In this document: positions 48,301 to 63,595 of the stretch, piece by piece | How the letters are laid out: each line of letters begins with the position of its first letter | Numbering within the stretch: the first letter of the stretch is position 1 | Assembly: GCF_036971445.1 (NCBI RefSeq) | Contig: NC_091480.1 | Coordinates: 65,968,001-66,032,000 of the forward strand | Reading direction: 5' to 3' | Length of the DNA: 64,000 bases | Source of the DNA: Narcine bancroftii | Lineage: Eukaryota | Notes under the pieces: model-generated | Told to the model about the DNA's origin: nothing | The model's input: only the letters and a program-made list of their open reading frames with translations | Database searches by the model: none | Program-made: the position numbers and the translations under genes

Positions 48301-51300
48301 GAGTGCGGTCGCTGTCGCACCTTCCTGACAAGTGAGGAGATATTGAGTACCCACGATAGGTCATGAGTCATGTGAGCTCCAAAAAACTTGGTGCTCTCCA
48401 CTCTCGCCACTCTCAAGCTATTAACATGCAGTGGAGGCTGATCGTTCCTGGTCCTCCCGAAGGCCACAATCATCTCCTTTGTCTTGATGTACGTTGACTT
48501 AATGGTAAGAGTGTGGCAGTGGGGTGTAATGACTCAGATTAGAGGCCTGTGTCTAATGGTGCGCTGCAGGATTCAGCACTGGCCCCACTCTTGTCTCTTA
48601 TCAATTTGAATGCCTTCTTTTCTTTGAATATTTTATTTATTCAACATATATAATGTCAAGAAGTTAATATAATACCATAGTTACATAATAGTATCTTAAC
48701 AAATATATGCTGAAACTATATAAAAAACTAAAATATAAAATAAAAAAGACTAACTACTACAAATAAAAACCGTACACCTACTAATCCATTCACCTGAACT
48801 AATCTAATCCCTAAACTGAAATATATGCCATTTCATTATAAAATGATTACAAATATTTAATTCGGATTGTATCAGTTGACAATCAGAGACCTCAAAAACA
48901 CCATAAAATTACACTTTCAGAGAAAACTTCACTGATCAGGAAAAATAAATTAATAAAATCATACTTTTAATTTCATTATTTTAGCATAGGGACCCCAAAT
49001 TTTTTAAAACAAGAAAAGTTATTCCTTAAATTAGAAGCAATTTTTTCTCATGGAATACAGCTTTGTATTTCAGCATGCCGTCTATCTAATGTTAATGAAA
49101 CATCGGATTTCCATGTCACGGTAACACATTTCCTCGCTTTTACTAAAATCAACTTAACAAATTTTAATTGCAAATCTGACAGCGATAATGTAGGAGTGAC
49201 ACTTTCAAAATGTCCCAACAAAAATAATTCACGATTTAAAGGAAAGTTCACTCCTGTGAACCCCAAAGGGTTGACCTTTGAACAAGACCACGTGGAATGA
49301 AGAAAGGTACCAATATCCGTTCCACATCTAAAACATTGATCCGATAAATCCAATCTCCATCGACTCAATTTCTGAGGAGTAAATATGCAGCTGATGTAAA
49401 ACATTATAATGAAATCATCTATCTCTTCCATTAATAGGATTTGTCAGAACCTCTTGACACAAATTTTGCCGGTTTTGTAGATCCATAATCATGTCCAAAC
49501 CTCGTTCCCATCTTTCTTTTGATTTAAGCAATCCTAATTTAGGTGTCAGTTCTTGTAACAAAATATATGCAATTGAAATAAATTTTAAAATCATTCCATC
49601 AACCATAATTTGTTCCAAATTTGAAAGATCTTTTGAATAGTTTCCGATCCTAGTTTCTCTCTTTAGAAAACCCTTCGATTGAAAATAACTAATTAATGTA
49701 TTTTAAGGTACATCATATTCAATCATTAATTGACCTTAACACCCCCTCCTCATTTCCCTTCTAATACCATCTATTTGAAAAAGGAATCTCTTTTGTAAAA
49801 ATCAACAAGGGATTAATTAATGGCGTTTTCAATGAAAGAATATTTCCACCAGTTTCCAAGTTTATTTAATTCCAAATATTCAACCAATGTTTTAATATTG
49901 GGCCTTCCCTGTCTATTACACTAGATTTAGAAAGACATTTATAAATAAACTCGTCTCCTATCTTATTTAATTCGATATCCACCCATGATGGACTAATGTT
50001 AACGGACATAAAAACTAACAAGCTTAATTGTGCTGCTTTGTACCAATTCTTAAAATTGGGACGTTGTCTTCCTCCTTGATCATATTTCCATGTTAATTTT
50101 ACAACGACTTTCTTACCATCCTCACTTTCCAAAGAAATCCCTGAACTTGCTTATTTAAATCTTGAAAATATTTTGAGGTTAAAGTGTGAACGTCTTCAAT
50201 GCCGACGATACCAAAAGTTCGTGCTATACCTGAGAGTGGAGAAGGTGATCCCGGATTACAACAGGATGCAGATGAACTGGACAAGCAGAGCAAGGAACGG
50301 CAGATGGGATTTCACTCGGAAAGTGCGAGGTGTTGCATTGAGGTGGATTAATTAATCCAGGGCAAGAATTACATGGTGAATGGAAGGTCGCTGGGGCGTG
50401 CTGCAGCACAAGGAGGCTTGGGACACAGCCAGATATTTCCATGGAGGCAGTGACCCAAGAGGACAGGGTAGCGAAGAAGGTGTTTTCCACGCTTGCCTTC
50501 TTTGGTTAGGGAAGTAAGTCCAGGTGCAGGGATGTCATGTTCCGACTCCACAGGACGTTGGGGAGACCAGAGCTGGAGTGTGGTGTGCAATTCTGGCCAC
50601 CCAGCGATTGGAAAGATTGAATTGGAATGGGTGCAGAACATTCATGAGAATGTTACTGGAGCTGGCATGATAATGAGAGGATGGGTGGGCTGGGGCTTTC
50701 CCCTTGAAGTGCAGGGAACTTTTACAGTATAGTCTTACTATTCTAATATTTCAACTTCTATTCTAACTTATATTTATATAAATATGCTCCTTGGTACTGG
50801 AGAAAAGCTATTTCGTCTTTACTGTGCGAACACGTGTTGAACGTTGATGAAGGTGACTTGACTTGACTTGACGAGAGGGGGAAGTGGAGGAGACGAGCTG
50901 AGGGGACTCTGCGGCCGAGGGACCAGGTCATGCGGCGGGCTGCTGGCGACCGAAGCGAGGAACCCGCGGAAGGGAACGGCGATTCAAAGAGGTGCCGATG
51001 GCGCTGAAGGGTCCCTGACCATGTCGGAGATCTGGAGCTCGAAGTGCCAATGGCTTGGACTGGATTCTGTGTGGCTGCGGGGGCAGGGGAAGCGCCGGAA
51101 GCGAATCTAAGGGGATGGGGGGTGGGGTGGGGGTGATTCTCTCCCTATAACTGTAAGTCTGACTGTAAGATCTATCAGAGGCGCTTTGGCAATTACTGCC
51201 GGTGGCGAATCTGTCTGCCTTGCAGCAAGCAAAAGGACATTTCATGTAATAGGACACTCTTTTACCACCAGCATGATCAGTTGAAGATAGAATCTTGAAA

Positions 51301-51861
51301 GATTTAAAGGGGACCTGTGGGGCACAGTTGTCATACAAAGGGTGGTGGGGAAATAGAAGGAGCGTCCAGAGACAGGAAAATTGTAAGGTGCACGAACGTC
51401 CATGGACAGGAAAGGTTTGAAGGCACATGGCTAAAGGCAGGTCAATGGGAGGAGATTGGAGTGTGCTGGGGACATCTGTAACCCAACCGCGGGGCTGGAT
51501 AGGCTGAGAAGAATGGCCCCTTAACCCGTCTCTTCGTCGCCTCCAGCCCGACACGGCCGTGCAGCTCTGGGCAGTCAGGAGCCTGCTTTTCTGGAGCCCA
51601 TACATTTCTGCTGACGCCAGCGTTGCCCGCAGCGCCAAGGGCGGTGAGCAGCGCAGGGGAACAGGTTGGAACTCACGGCAGAAGGTGGCGGCCGACTCCT
51701 CCTCTCTCTCTCCATTGCTCCAACCCCATCCTTGTCACCTGATAAGCCGACCAAGCCCTCTGTACAGCTCATAAAAGCAGCTCCAGCCTCTCTCGGCTGC
51801 ACCGGGGACTTGCGATCGCCGGAGCAGCTTCGCCGCCACAGAGCCCACATCATCTTTCACC

Positions 51862-54800
51862 ATGTCCTTAACAGGGATCAAGATAACAAGAAGCTCCTCC
51901 AGCAGATCAGGAGGACAACGAAGCTCCGGATTGGGACAATGGGGCGGGAGCCGCATGTCTTCCATAGGTGGAGGATTCAGATCGTCTGGAGGATACCAGG
52001 GTGCCGGGCGGGCTCAAAGTCTCATCCTGTCCAGTTCGAGAAGCTCGAGGTTGTCCCGCCCCTCCGGCATGGGGCTCGGTGTTGGTATGGGGCTCGGTGT
52101 TGGCATGAAGACGGCTGTGGATCTGCACAGCCCCTTACCCAAAAATGACCTCAGTCAGCAAGCCATTCGTCTCCAGGAGACGCAGCAGATCACTGGGCTC
52201 AACGACCGGTTTGCCTCTTTCATTGAGCAGGTCAGTGCACCAGCTCTCCCCCGTCGCGCATGTTGGGAAGCCGGGGTTGCGTGTGTCTGGCCAAATGGCG
52301 CCTCCTTTCCTTGCCGGCTCCCTGTCAATCTAACCGTGGGCTCGCTTCCCATCCGCAGGTTTGCGCGCTGGAACTGAAAAATACTGAACTGAAGACCAAA
52401 CTGGATCTCCTGCAAAAGCAGGGAACTTCCACATCGAACATCGAGAACATGTTCCAAATGTACATCGCCAACCTCAAGAGGCAACTGGAAGCTCTGGGGC
52501 AGGAAAAAGCGAAGTTCGAGTCGGACCTTGTGCAAATGCAGGCGCTGGTTGAGGACTTTAAGGGCAAGTAAGTGCGTGTGAGGCATTCCCCATTTCATCT
52601 GTTCTCGTCCCGGACGCGCTCACGGGGTCAGAGACATGGAGCATAAGCCGGCAGATTGCGGCAAGGTTCAATGTATGAGGCACCCCGCTCTCTCCCACTC
52701 GGACACTTGGTTCTGGTGCGGCGGAGCAACAGCAGCGAGTGGGCGTCTGGGGCTTCTCTATGGGACCGGCAAGTGCGCCAAGAGGAGAGGCGCAGGCGAA
52801 GCCGAGCTCTGGAACGCGAGGAGCCTCCCAGAACTCTGAAAGCCAGCGAGATGGACCGGGAGATTCAGGACAAGGAGGGCGCGCTGGTCTGGGGCGCGGC
52901 AGGGCCGATACTTCCCACGGAGCAGGGAGGGAAGAGCACTCCCAATGAACTGGGCAGCGTGCGAGGCGTCAGCACAAAGCAGCAGGGTCCCCTCGCAGCA
53001 ACGGGACTCAATGCCTTCTTTGGAAGAGATTTTCCCTAAAGTCTAGATTCCTTTCAGGTACGAGGATGAAATTAACAAGCGGACTGAAATGGAGAACGAG
53101 TTTGTCATCGTCAAGAAGGTGAGTATGACTGGCGAGCTGTCTGTCCAATATGTCAAGCGCATTTCCGAGCGAGCTTTTCAAAGGCGTGGGTCACGAACAT
53201 CTGTGGACACCATGGTTGAAGTAAGCAACGACCTTTCACAGCCGTGTGTCCCTTTCCTCTTCAGGATGTCGATGAATCCTACATGAACAAGGTGGAACTG
53301 GAGGCGAGGCTGGAAGCCTTGACCGATGAACTCGAATTCCTCAAGAGTATCTTTGACGAGGTAAACAGGCGACATGGTCCGGCAATTGGTCCCTTGCCGA
53401 TCCCTTCAATCTCCTTTCAGTTCTTTTCCTTCCGCCTGTTATGAGTCCAGAGGAGCCCAAAGCCCAGCAGCAAAAGATATTCACCACGACAAGTAGTTAC
53501 TTCAACAAAAGTTGTTTTAAATTCTCTTTAAACATGGAAACAGGATCAAACTTTAACGTATCACTATTAACTTAACGCCCCGACTTAAGCCCCTTTTCAT
53601 TCTGAGCGCACGTGTACGTAATGTGTGCGTAAATTTAAGAAATGTTCTTTGGAAAGGTAAATGTTTACCACCCAGGAAGGTCCTTGGAGGTTTGCAGAGA
53701 GACATGTGTTGTTCCAGGATTTGCACAATTCAGGTACCACCATTATTCACCTCAATGTCTTTTTGATGAAACTTGCCCCATGTGGGTTATCTAAATGATA
53801 ACCTCTTTCTTTCTGGCCAGCACAGTGTTCCTTTCTGTTCTTCCTATTCCAAAAGAAACATCAGACAGATAGCACTTCCAGCCATCCGCCACACTGGAGC
53901 TTCTGTTTCAGTTTGAACAACCTTCTCCTGGCTGACATTGTTCAGTTTCTCCCTCTCTCTGAGATTCAGAACAGCCAGCCACATGTCCTTCTCTCTCTCT
54001 CTCTCTCTCTCTCACTTGCAAAAACCCCTCGTCCTTCTCCAGCAAACAATAGGAGTTCATCTTCTGCTCCCATCTGTTGTTTTAGGTAAACAAACGTCTC
54101 AATGACCTTTGAGTGAGCCCTTTGCAGAGAGGTCAGAAGGCTTGCAAAAATGTCCAACACCATTTCAATTAGCACCTAATTGTGCAATGTGCATTGCATT
54201 CTGCAAAGTTTCTGTAAAGCCACTGAATATGAATGCTTCAGAATTTCAAATAAGATCTGTTTTAAAATGTGTGTATGTATGTAACCTACTCTAATTCTAC
54301 CAATTTATCTCCCCAAAACATCTCCAAATATTCCATCACACCACCCACCTTTAGGAAATCCGCGAGCTACAGGCACAGATCCAGAACACTTCTGTCTGCG
54401 TGCAAGTGGACACTTCTCGTAAACTGGATATGAGTGGGATCATTGAACAGATCAAGAATCAATATAAAATATTGGCAGATGCTAACCGCAAGGAGGCTGA
54501 ACAATGGAAAATGATGAAGGTAAGCGTTCGCATCCAAGTCGCCAGGTCCCACCTGCACTGGCAGCTCTGACCTCTGTGTTGGAGGGGGAAACCTTTTGCT
54601 GACCAGTTCTCGATGTGTCCTTGCAGATGCAAGAGCTGAGCATGTCAGGTGGAGGTTTGGAAGCAGACATGCGGGCAATAAAAACAGAATGTAATGATCT
54701 GAATCAATCCATCCGGAGAATCAGCATGGACATCGAAAATCTTAAAGCCCAGGTAAGCCTCGGAGTGAAAGCATGCAGGATCTGGGTATCAACACCCGCA

Positions 54801-57016
54801 GTTTGGCAAAATACCCGCTTCTCCTCCCAGCCCAAAGCAAACGGCCAAGAGACGACTGAAATCTCCGATCAATTGGGTCGAATTCTGCCATTCCAGGACC
54901 CTCTCACTCCTTCCGGGGAAAGGCTTAGGATGCTGATCCATTCTCAGCCAATCTACAACACAGCACGCTCAGCATGGTCCTTCTCAAGGAGGGGGTTTGG
55001 GTGGAGTGTGGCAGGTGAGGCAGCGCTCCACGTACAAGTCATCATGTTAACCTTTGTGCCACTTAGCGTATGAAACTGGAGGCTGATATCAGAGAAGCGG
55101 AAGAACGTGGGGAAATGTCTCTCAAAGGCAGTAAAAGCAGAATTCAAGAACTGCAAGACGCCATCCAGAAAGCCAAGCAAGAGATGACCAAGCAAGTCCA
55201 GGAACTCGAGAATCTGATGCAAGTCAAGCTGGGTCTGGATATGGAGATTCTTGCCTACAGGAAGCTCCTAGAGGGAGAGGAAGCAAGGTAGGACATTGGG
55301 TAGTTCCACCTTCCATGTGTGACACCTCTACACCAATTCTGTTTTCTTGTTCCAAAGGAGCATGGGTGCAGCAGCCACGTACCTTGTACCCATGTGCTCC
55401 GCGGTGTGCCCCATTTGAGGTTGTGGAGATCCCTGCCATGCTCAGAAAGATGACTGCTTTTTACTATCAGCACTCAGGCGTGAAGAATGAGCAGCTCGGG
55501 CAAGGGTCTGCAGGCTAGAAATCCCCACGGGGTTTCACCCAACCAAGTCAGTGTTCCTTCGAGACGGAAGCAATTTGTAAACCTGAGCAAAATATGCCTC
55601 GAAACGTCCTCGAAAGGCCTGTGGTAACACGAATATTTCTTCTCAACAGGATGGCCGAAGGGATAAGAACACTCAGCATCCAATCAGTGCAACAGCAAGG
55701 TAGGCAGACGTGTCAAGATTTTACCCAGAGAACACAGCTATATGCATTGCTTTAATGATACTTGTTCATGAGTGTTACCTCACTGGCCTTCATGGTCTCC
55801 TGGCCAAGAGATGGTGTGAACTGAACTCCTCGCTTTTCCCTTCACATCCACTGTCCTTTCCTCAGAAAGCTCACAGTTGACATCTCACCCCTAACTGAGA
55901 CTCCACATCGCGGCCTTCTTCTGCGATCAGTCGTCGGATGGCACCCTGGCTCCCAGCCTGCTGCTTTAACGAGACTCCATGTGTCTGTCTCATGGGCAGC
56001 AATCCCTCCTCATCCTTACCCTACCCGTGTCTCTGCAACAATATACACCGTTGCATTCACCTTCATTCTCCAGTGTTTCTTCTGCCTTCTCTCATTGGGA
56101 CGGGATGCCCTCGCCCCTTTTGATGCCTGACTACCATTTGGTCAGCCGTTCATTCCCTCTAATGTCTGCTCTTCCTGTTCTGACATCAAGCCAAGGCATT
56201 CATCAGAGACATAGTAGCAAGGCCATCCACCTCCATCGTCACCTCCTTCCTATAATCTAACTCAGTCCCTAAGTCAGGCTGACCTATTCATTTGTGCTTT
56301 TCCCTCTTCCACATTGAACTGTTGTGCTCCTCTCTTGGAGCCCTGTCCCAATTCTTGTTGGTCCATCCATCTCCATCAAAGATCTCTTGTCCTCCTTGTA
56401 ACTTATTCCAACTCCCACCACCCGCTTTGTTCCCTGATGTATATTTGTTCCGAACTTGGTAATGTCGCATCTTTCCGATCTCAGTGTCCAACTCTCTCCA
56501 GAGCCCTGTGACCGTCCTTACTTATCTCTGCACTCTACCGCCCTGTTATCTCGGTGCCTTGACTGACGGATGCACCTCGAGCTCCCAAATGCTGACATTT
56601 CAGTGATCACCTTTCCAAATCTTACTTCATCTCGGGTTCCCTTTCCTTCTTTTCAAACACCGTCTCCCCGCCCGCCACCCACCCCCCACCCCCACCCCAT
56701 GCTTTGATGTGTGCGGATGTAGCTTAGAGTGAAGCTTGTGTTCGATCGAGTCCTTTGGGGTGCATTGAAGTAGCAAAGTGTCTGCCTTGGTTGTTGCAGT
56801 TCTTTCCGAAATTGCAGCGTCCTCATTTCAATGGCCTTTCTCCCCCTTCTCTCCCCCACTGCAGCTGATTATGGGCAATTTAATCAATCGAGTAGCAAAA
56901 TGTCGGGATTTCTCCAAGGGGCCGGTGAGATGGAAAGCTCTTCCATACAACTCGGAACACCATTAATTACGAAATCGGTGCTGCAATCCAAAAGCCAAGT
57001 GCAGAGCACATTTTAA
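51862..57016 (+). CDS. Divergent type II keratin, array copy 3 (482 aa)
   Basis: Exons 51862-52230, 52359-52567, 53058-53118, 53265-53360, 54355-54519, 54627-54752, 55067-55287, 55650-55699, 56865-57016; intact; L>M at 55070. Confidence 0.92.
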
Positions 57017-59328
57017 ATCACAAGGGAGAACCTCCTGTCCGCTCTGTCGCTCGTGGCTTCCTTGCCAGGCGCAGCAATTCTTCCTTGTGGTGTTTTTCGT
57101 GAAGTGGGTTCACTTGGTCACATTCCCTTTCTGCATGACCTTGGAATTCTGCTCAATGCACGCCGTTGTGCAACATGACATTAACTTCGATCTTAATGAG
57201 GGCAGAAATGATATTACATTAGTCTGCAGCTTGGGGTTGTGAGCAAATTGGGGAAGTCATCTTTATTTGTTGGTCGTTGTAAAACAGAAACTGACCCCAT
57301 GTTTTACATGCTGTATCTGCTCTCTGGTTCTCTCTCTTTCTGTATCGGGAATTTACCTTGTTCATCAACTTTGAATAAACTGGAATATTTCAATCTGCAA
57401 CTCTGCATTTTACTTTGATCAAACACATGATGAAATGATCGAAAAGGGCAGGGTTCACATCTTCGTGTCAACATTGAATCATTCCATTAGTTCCTCTCAA
57501 GGAAAAAATAGAACAGATAGAAGTCTCAAATCAAAATCACGCCCGACCAAGTCGAGCTGCAACAGAAGGGCTCCCTCACCAGAGATAGGCCAGTTTATTA
57601 TCTGAAAGTACATACATTGACACTGTTCACAATGCAGCTCGATTATCATAAATACTGTGCAGCTCGTCAGTGGTGCAGTGAGATACGCACCGGGCCAGAA
57701 CAATCCCAGTGGGTCCTGCACACAGAACCAGTCCAAATTGAATGAGGAAAGGACTCTTCATCTCCGGGCTATAAGGGCCTTGCAGGAAATGGCACGGGGA
57801 CGAATCCAATGCGTTCTGCAATCTCTAATTTACCAGAATGACTGCAAATTCTCCCACCGCTCCCTGAAATGGCGGGTAAAGAAGTGGTAAGGCATGCTTG
57901 CCCTTATTGTTCACTGGGTCTAAAATTTGGGAGGTCACGCTGTAGCTGTGTAGCAATATGCTGAGGCCACATTTGGAGAATGCTGTGAAGTTCTGGTCAC
58001 TGCTGTCCAAGGACATTTTCGAGAGGGTGCAGGACATTTTCAGCCGGGATTGCCTGCCTTCGAGAGTATGATCTCCAACGGGTTGGACACATTTGGATTG
58101 TTTTCATTTGAATGTTGGAGGCTGAGGGGCGTCCTGACAGCACCATATCAAATCATAACGGTCATAGATAGGCGAGATGGTCAAAGCCTCCCCACCCCCA
58201 CCCCCACCCCCACCGTGGCAAGGTCCAATATTAGAGAACGCAGCTGTCAGGTGAGACAGGGAAAGGTTAAAAGAGATGTGCGAGGCATGTTCTCCACACA
58301 ACACACTGAAGAGCTTTGCTCCGGGAGGCGGTGGAAGCAGGTAGCTGCAGCATTTGAAATAGAAGTGAGGCAGGTACAGGAATAGGACGAGATGGACAGA
58401 ACAAGACCCACATGCAGGCAGGTGGGATGATTGGAAAATTGGCCCGATGATTCCCACACACATCATGGGCTGAACAGCTTCTGCTAACTGGTCGATGTAC
58501 GGAGATTTAGAAAATCCAGAACAGTGAAGCGTTCAAAATTAAAACGTAGAATTCAATATACACGATCACAAGAACACGTCATTGAAAACGCAAATGAAAT
58601 GCTTCACTTGCTTTCAGTTACCCGGGCCCAGTGCCGGGTGCACCGTCTGTACAAACAGTCCCAATACCTGCTCACAGTTCGGGGACTCCCCCTGAGAGTC
58701 GGGCCTTTGTATTGGCCACATGGTGCCCAGGCAAAGACCTGCCCCCAGCCCACCACCCCATTGGGAAGCTGGATGTGCGCGGTTACTGGTGTGGGGCGAA
58801 AGTGGTTGGGATTCATTCCCTTCCCAACACAGGACTATCAAAACCCACGGAGCAGGACAGTTCGCCGCAGAGTGACTGTTTTCAGTGCCGGCAGGGATCA
58901 GTGTCCGTGGTTTCCTTCAGTAGCATTCGAGTTGTTGGCTCTCTCGGCATATTCATCAGCCCCGCGTCCAACTGACACTCAGTGCNNNNNNNNNNNNNNN
59001 NNNNNNNNNNNNNNNNNNNNNNNNNNNNNNNNNNNNNNNNNNNNNNNNNNNNNNNNNNNNNNNNNNNNNNNNNNNNNNNNNNNNNNNNNNNNNNNNNNNN
59101 NNNNNNNNNNNNNNNNNNNNNNNNNNNNNNNNCCATATCTACTCTTCATGCCACCCTTTGCATATTACGCTGTCCGGGGGCTTAAAACCCACCGCATTCT
59201 TGGGGTCCCTTGCTTGGCCAGGTGAATTGCCCCCTGTCTGACCAAGGGTCCCTCCACCTGACCACGGATCATTCCTCCTCACCACATCCACACACTTGCG
59301 CGCACACACACACGCATTCACAGACGCC

Positions 59329-59360
<32 letters not shown>

Positions 59361-62300
59361 TTAGTTTTTCCAGTCCGTGTGTTCAATCCACCTTCTCAGA
59401 GCCCCTTTCCCAGCCAGGAGACTCGACGCCCCTCCACATCACCTCTCACTAAGGGTACACCACTGGATACACACAAACACCAAGGTGACTGCACCCATGT
59501 GATGCGCTGGGCAGGGCTGTCCGTGAGGTAGACAGGCCATTCTGTGATTAGCGGGCATTGCGATCACAGTCGGGATAGTGGTATGGTTGGGCTCATTGGT
59601 GAAGGTCAAATGGGCTTGAGGTCAGAGGTTAGTGTGGGGTCATTGGGGAAGTTCGTGCTTTGTGAGGTCACTGTCCAGGATTTGAACGATCTGTTGAGGG
59701 AGCTGACTGTGGTTTTAATTGATGGTTCTGATAGTTTTTCCTGATGGGAGCAGCTGGAAGATGTGAGGTGCATTGTGGTGGGGTCTTCCCTGATTTTGAG
59801 AGGCCGCTTTAAATACCCATCTCAGTAAATCACATTAATGGGAGTGTGCTCCCAGTAATCCTCGCTGCTGCTTTTATGGTCCAGTGGATTTACCTCTGCC
59901 CTGTCGCCACGTAGCAACTGTCCGGCCCTGTGATACAGCCGGCCTGGACATACTCCATAGAGCTTCTGCAGGAAGTTGACATGATGGTGGGTGATAGTCT
60001 TTCCCGTTTAAGCCTTCTAAAGGAGTGCGGTCGCTGTCGCACCTTCCTGACAAGTGAGGAGATACTGAGTACCCACGATAGGTCATGAGTCATCTGAGCT
60101 CCAAAAAACTTGGTGCTCTCCACTCTCGCCACTCTCAAGCTATTAACATGCAGTGGAGGCTGATCGTTCCTGGTCCTCCCGAAGGCCACAATCATCTCCT
60201 TTTTCTTGATGTACGTTGACTTAATGGTAAGAGTGTGGCAGTGGGGTGTAATGACTCAGATTAGAGGCCTGTGTCTAATGGTGCGCTGCAGGATTCAGCA
60301 CTGGCCCCACTCTTGTCTCTTATCAATTTGAATGCCTTCTTTTCTTTGAATATTTTATTTATTCAACATATATAATGTCAAGAAGTTAATATAATACCAT
60401 AGTTACATAATAGTATCTTAACAAATATATGCTGAAACTATATAAAAAACTAAAATATAAAATAAAAAAGACTAACTACTACAAATAAAAACCGTACACC
60501 TACTAATCCATTCACCTGAACTAATCTAATCCCTAAACTGAAATATATGCCATTTCATTATAAAATGATTACAAATATTTAATTCGGATTGTATCAGTTG
60601 ACAATCAGAGACCTCAAAAACACCATAAAATTACACTTTCAGAGAAAACTTCACTGATCAGGAAAAATAAATTAATAAAATCATACTTTTAATTTCATTA
60701 TTTTAGCATAGGGACCCCAAATTTTTTAAAACAAGAAAAGTTATTCCTTAAATTAGAAGCAATTTTTTCTCATGGAATACAGCTTTGTATTTCAGCATGC
60801 CGTCTATCTAATGTTAATGAAACATCGGATTTCCATGTCACGGTAACACATTTCCTCGCTTTTACTAAAATCAACTTAACAAATTTTAATTGCAAATCTG
60901 ACAGCGATAATGTAGGAGTGACACTTTCAAAATGTCCCAACAAAAATAATTCACGATTTAAAGGAAAGTTCACTCCTGTGATCCGTGGCAAACCCCCAAA
61001 GGGTTGACCTTTGAACAAGACCACGTGGAATGAAGAAAGGTACCAATATCCGTTCCACATCTAAAACATTGATCCGATAAATCCAATCTCCATCGACTCA
61101 ATTTCTGAGGAGTAAATATGCAGCTGATGTAAAACATTATAATGAAATCATCTATCTCTTCCATTAATAGGATTTGTCAGAACCTCTTGACACAAATTTT
61201 GCCGGTTTTGTAGATCCATAATCATGTCCAAACCTCGTTCCCATCTTTCTTTTGATTTAAGCAATCCTAATTTAGGTGTCAGTTCTTGTAACAAAATATA
61301 TGCAATTGAAATAAATTTTTAAATCATTCCATCAACCATAATTTGTTCCAAATTTGAAAGATCTTTTGAATAGTTTCCGATCCTAGTTTCTCTCTTTAGA
61401 AAACCCTTCGATTGAAAATAACTAATTAATGTATTTTAAGGTACATCATATTCAATCATTAATTGACCTTAACACCCCCTCCTCATTTCCCTTCTAATAC
61501 CATCTATTTGAAAAAGGAATCTCTTTTGTAAAAATCAACAAGGGATTAATTAATGGCGTTTTCAATGAAAGAATATTTCCACCAGTTTCCAAGTTTATTT
61601 AATTCCAAATATTCAACCAATGTTTTAATATTGGGCCTTCCCTGTCTATTACACTAGATTTAGAAAGACATTTATAAATAAACTCGTCTCCTATCTTATT
61701 TAATTCGATATCCACCCATGATGGACTAATGTTAACGGACATAAAAACTAACAAGCTTAATTGTGCTGCTTTGTACCAATTCTTAAAATTGGGACGTTGT
61801 CTTCCTCCTTGATCATATTTCCATGTTAATTTTACAACGACTTTCTTACCATCCTCACTTTCCAAAGAAATCCCTGAACTTGCTTATTTAAATCTTGAAA
61901 AAATTTTGAGGTTAAAGTGTGAACGTCTTCAATGCCGACGATACCAAAAGTTCGTGCTATACCTGAGAGTGGAGAAGGTGATCCCGGATTACAACAGGAT
62001 GCAGATGAACTGGACAAGCAGAGCAAGGAACGGCAGATGGGATTTCACTCGGAAAGTGCGAGGTGTTGCATTGAGGTGGATTAATTAATCCAGGGCAAGA
62101 ATTACATGGTGAATGGAAGGTCGCTGGGGCGTGCTGCAGCACAAGGAGGCTTGGGACGACAGCCAGATATTTCCATGGAGGCAGTGACCCAAGAGGACAG
62201 GGTAGCGAAGAAGGTGTTTTCCACGCTTGCCTTCTTTGGTTAGGGAAGTAAGTCCAGGTGCAGGGATGTCATGTTCCGACTCCACAGGACGTTGGGGAGA

Positions 62301-63595
62301 CCAGAGCTGGAGTGTGGTGTGCAATTCTGGCCACCCAGCGATTGGAAAGATTGAATTGGAAATGGGTGCAGAACATTCATGAGAATGTTACTGGAGCTGG
62401 CATGATAATGAGAGGATGGGTGGGCTGGGGCTTTCCCCTTGAAGTGCAGGGAACTTTTACAGTATAGTCTTACTATTCTAATATTTCAACTTCTATTCTA
62501 ACTTATATTTATATCAATATGCTCCTTGGTCCTGGAGAAAAGCTATTTCGTCTTTACTGTGCGAACACGTGTTGAACGTTGATGAAGGTGACTTGACTTG
62601 ACTTGACGAGAGGGGCAAGTGGAGGAGACGAGCTGAGGGGACTCTGCGGCCGAGGGACCAGGTCATGCGGCGGGCTGCTGGCGACCGAGGCGAGGAACCC
62701 GCGGAAGGGAACGGCGATTCAAAGAGGTGCCGATGGCGCTGAAGGGTCCCTGACCATGTCGGAGATCTGGAGCTCGAAGTGCCAATGGCTTGGACTGGAT
62801 TCTGTGTGGCTGCGGGGGCAGGGGAAGCGCCGGAAGCGAATCTAAGGGGATGGGGGGTGGGGTGGGGGTGATTCTCTCCCTATAACTGTAAGTCTGACTG
62901 TAAGATCTATCAGAGGCGCTTTGGCAATTACTGCCGGTGGCGAATCTGTCTGCCTTGCAGCAAGCAAAAGGACATTTCATGTAATAGGACACTCTTTTAC
63001 CACCAGCATGATCAGTTGAAGCTAGAATCTTGAAAGATTTAAAGGGGACCTGTGGGGCACAGTTGTCATACAAAGGGTGGTGGGGAAATAGAAGGAGCGG
63101 CCAGAGACAGGAAAATTGTAAGGTGCACGAACGTCCATGGACAGGAAAGGTTTGAAGGCACATGGCTAAAGGCAGGTCAATGGGAGGAGATTGGAGTGTG
63201 CTGGGGACATCTGTAACCCAACCGCGGGGCTGGATGGGCTGAGAAGAATGGCCCCTTCCCCGTCTCTTCGTCGCCTCCAGCCCGACACGGCCGTGCAGCT
63301 CTGGGCAGTCAGGAGCCTGCTTTTCTGGAGCCCACACATTTCTGCTGACGCCAGCGTTGCCCGCAGCGCCAAGGGCGGTGAGCAGCGCAGGGGAACAGGT
63401 TGGAACTCACGGCAGAAGGTGGCGGCCGACTCCTCCTCCCTCTCTCCATTGCTCCAACCCCATCCTTGTCACCTGATAAGCCGACCAAGCCCTCTGTACA
63501 GCTCATAAAAGCAGCTCCAGCCTCTCTCGGCTGCACCGGGGACTTGCGATCGCCGGAGCAGCTTCGCCGCCACAGAGCCCACATCATCTTTCACC

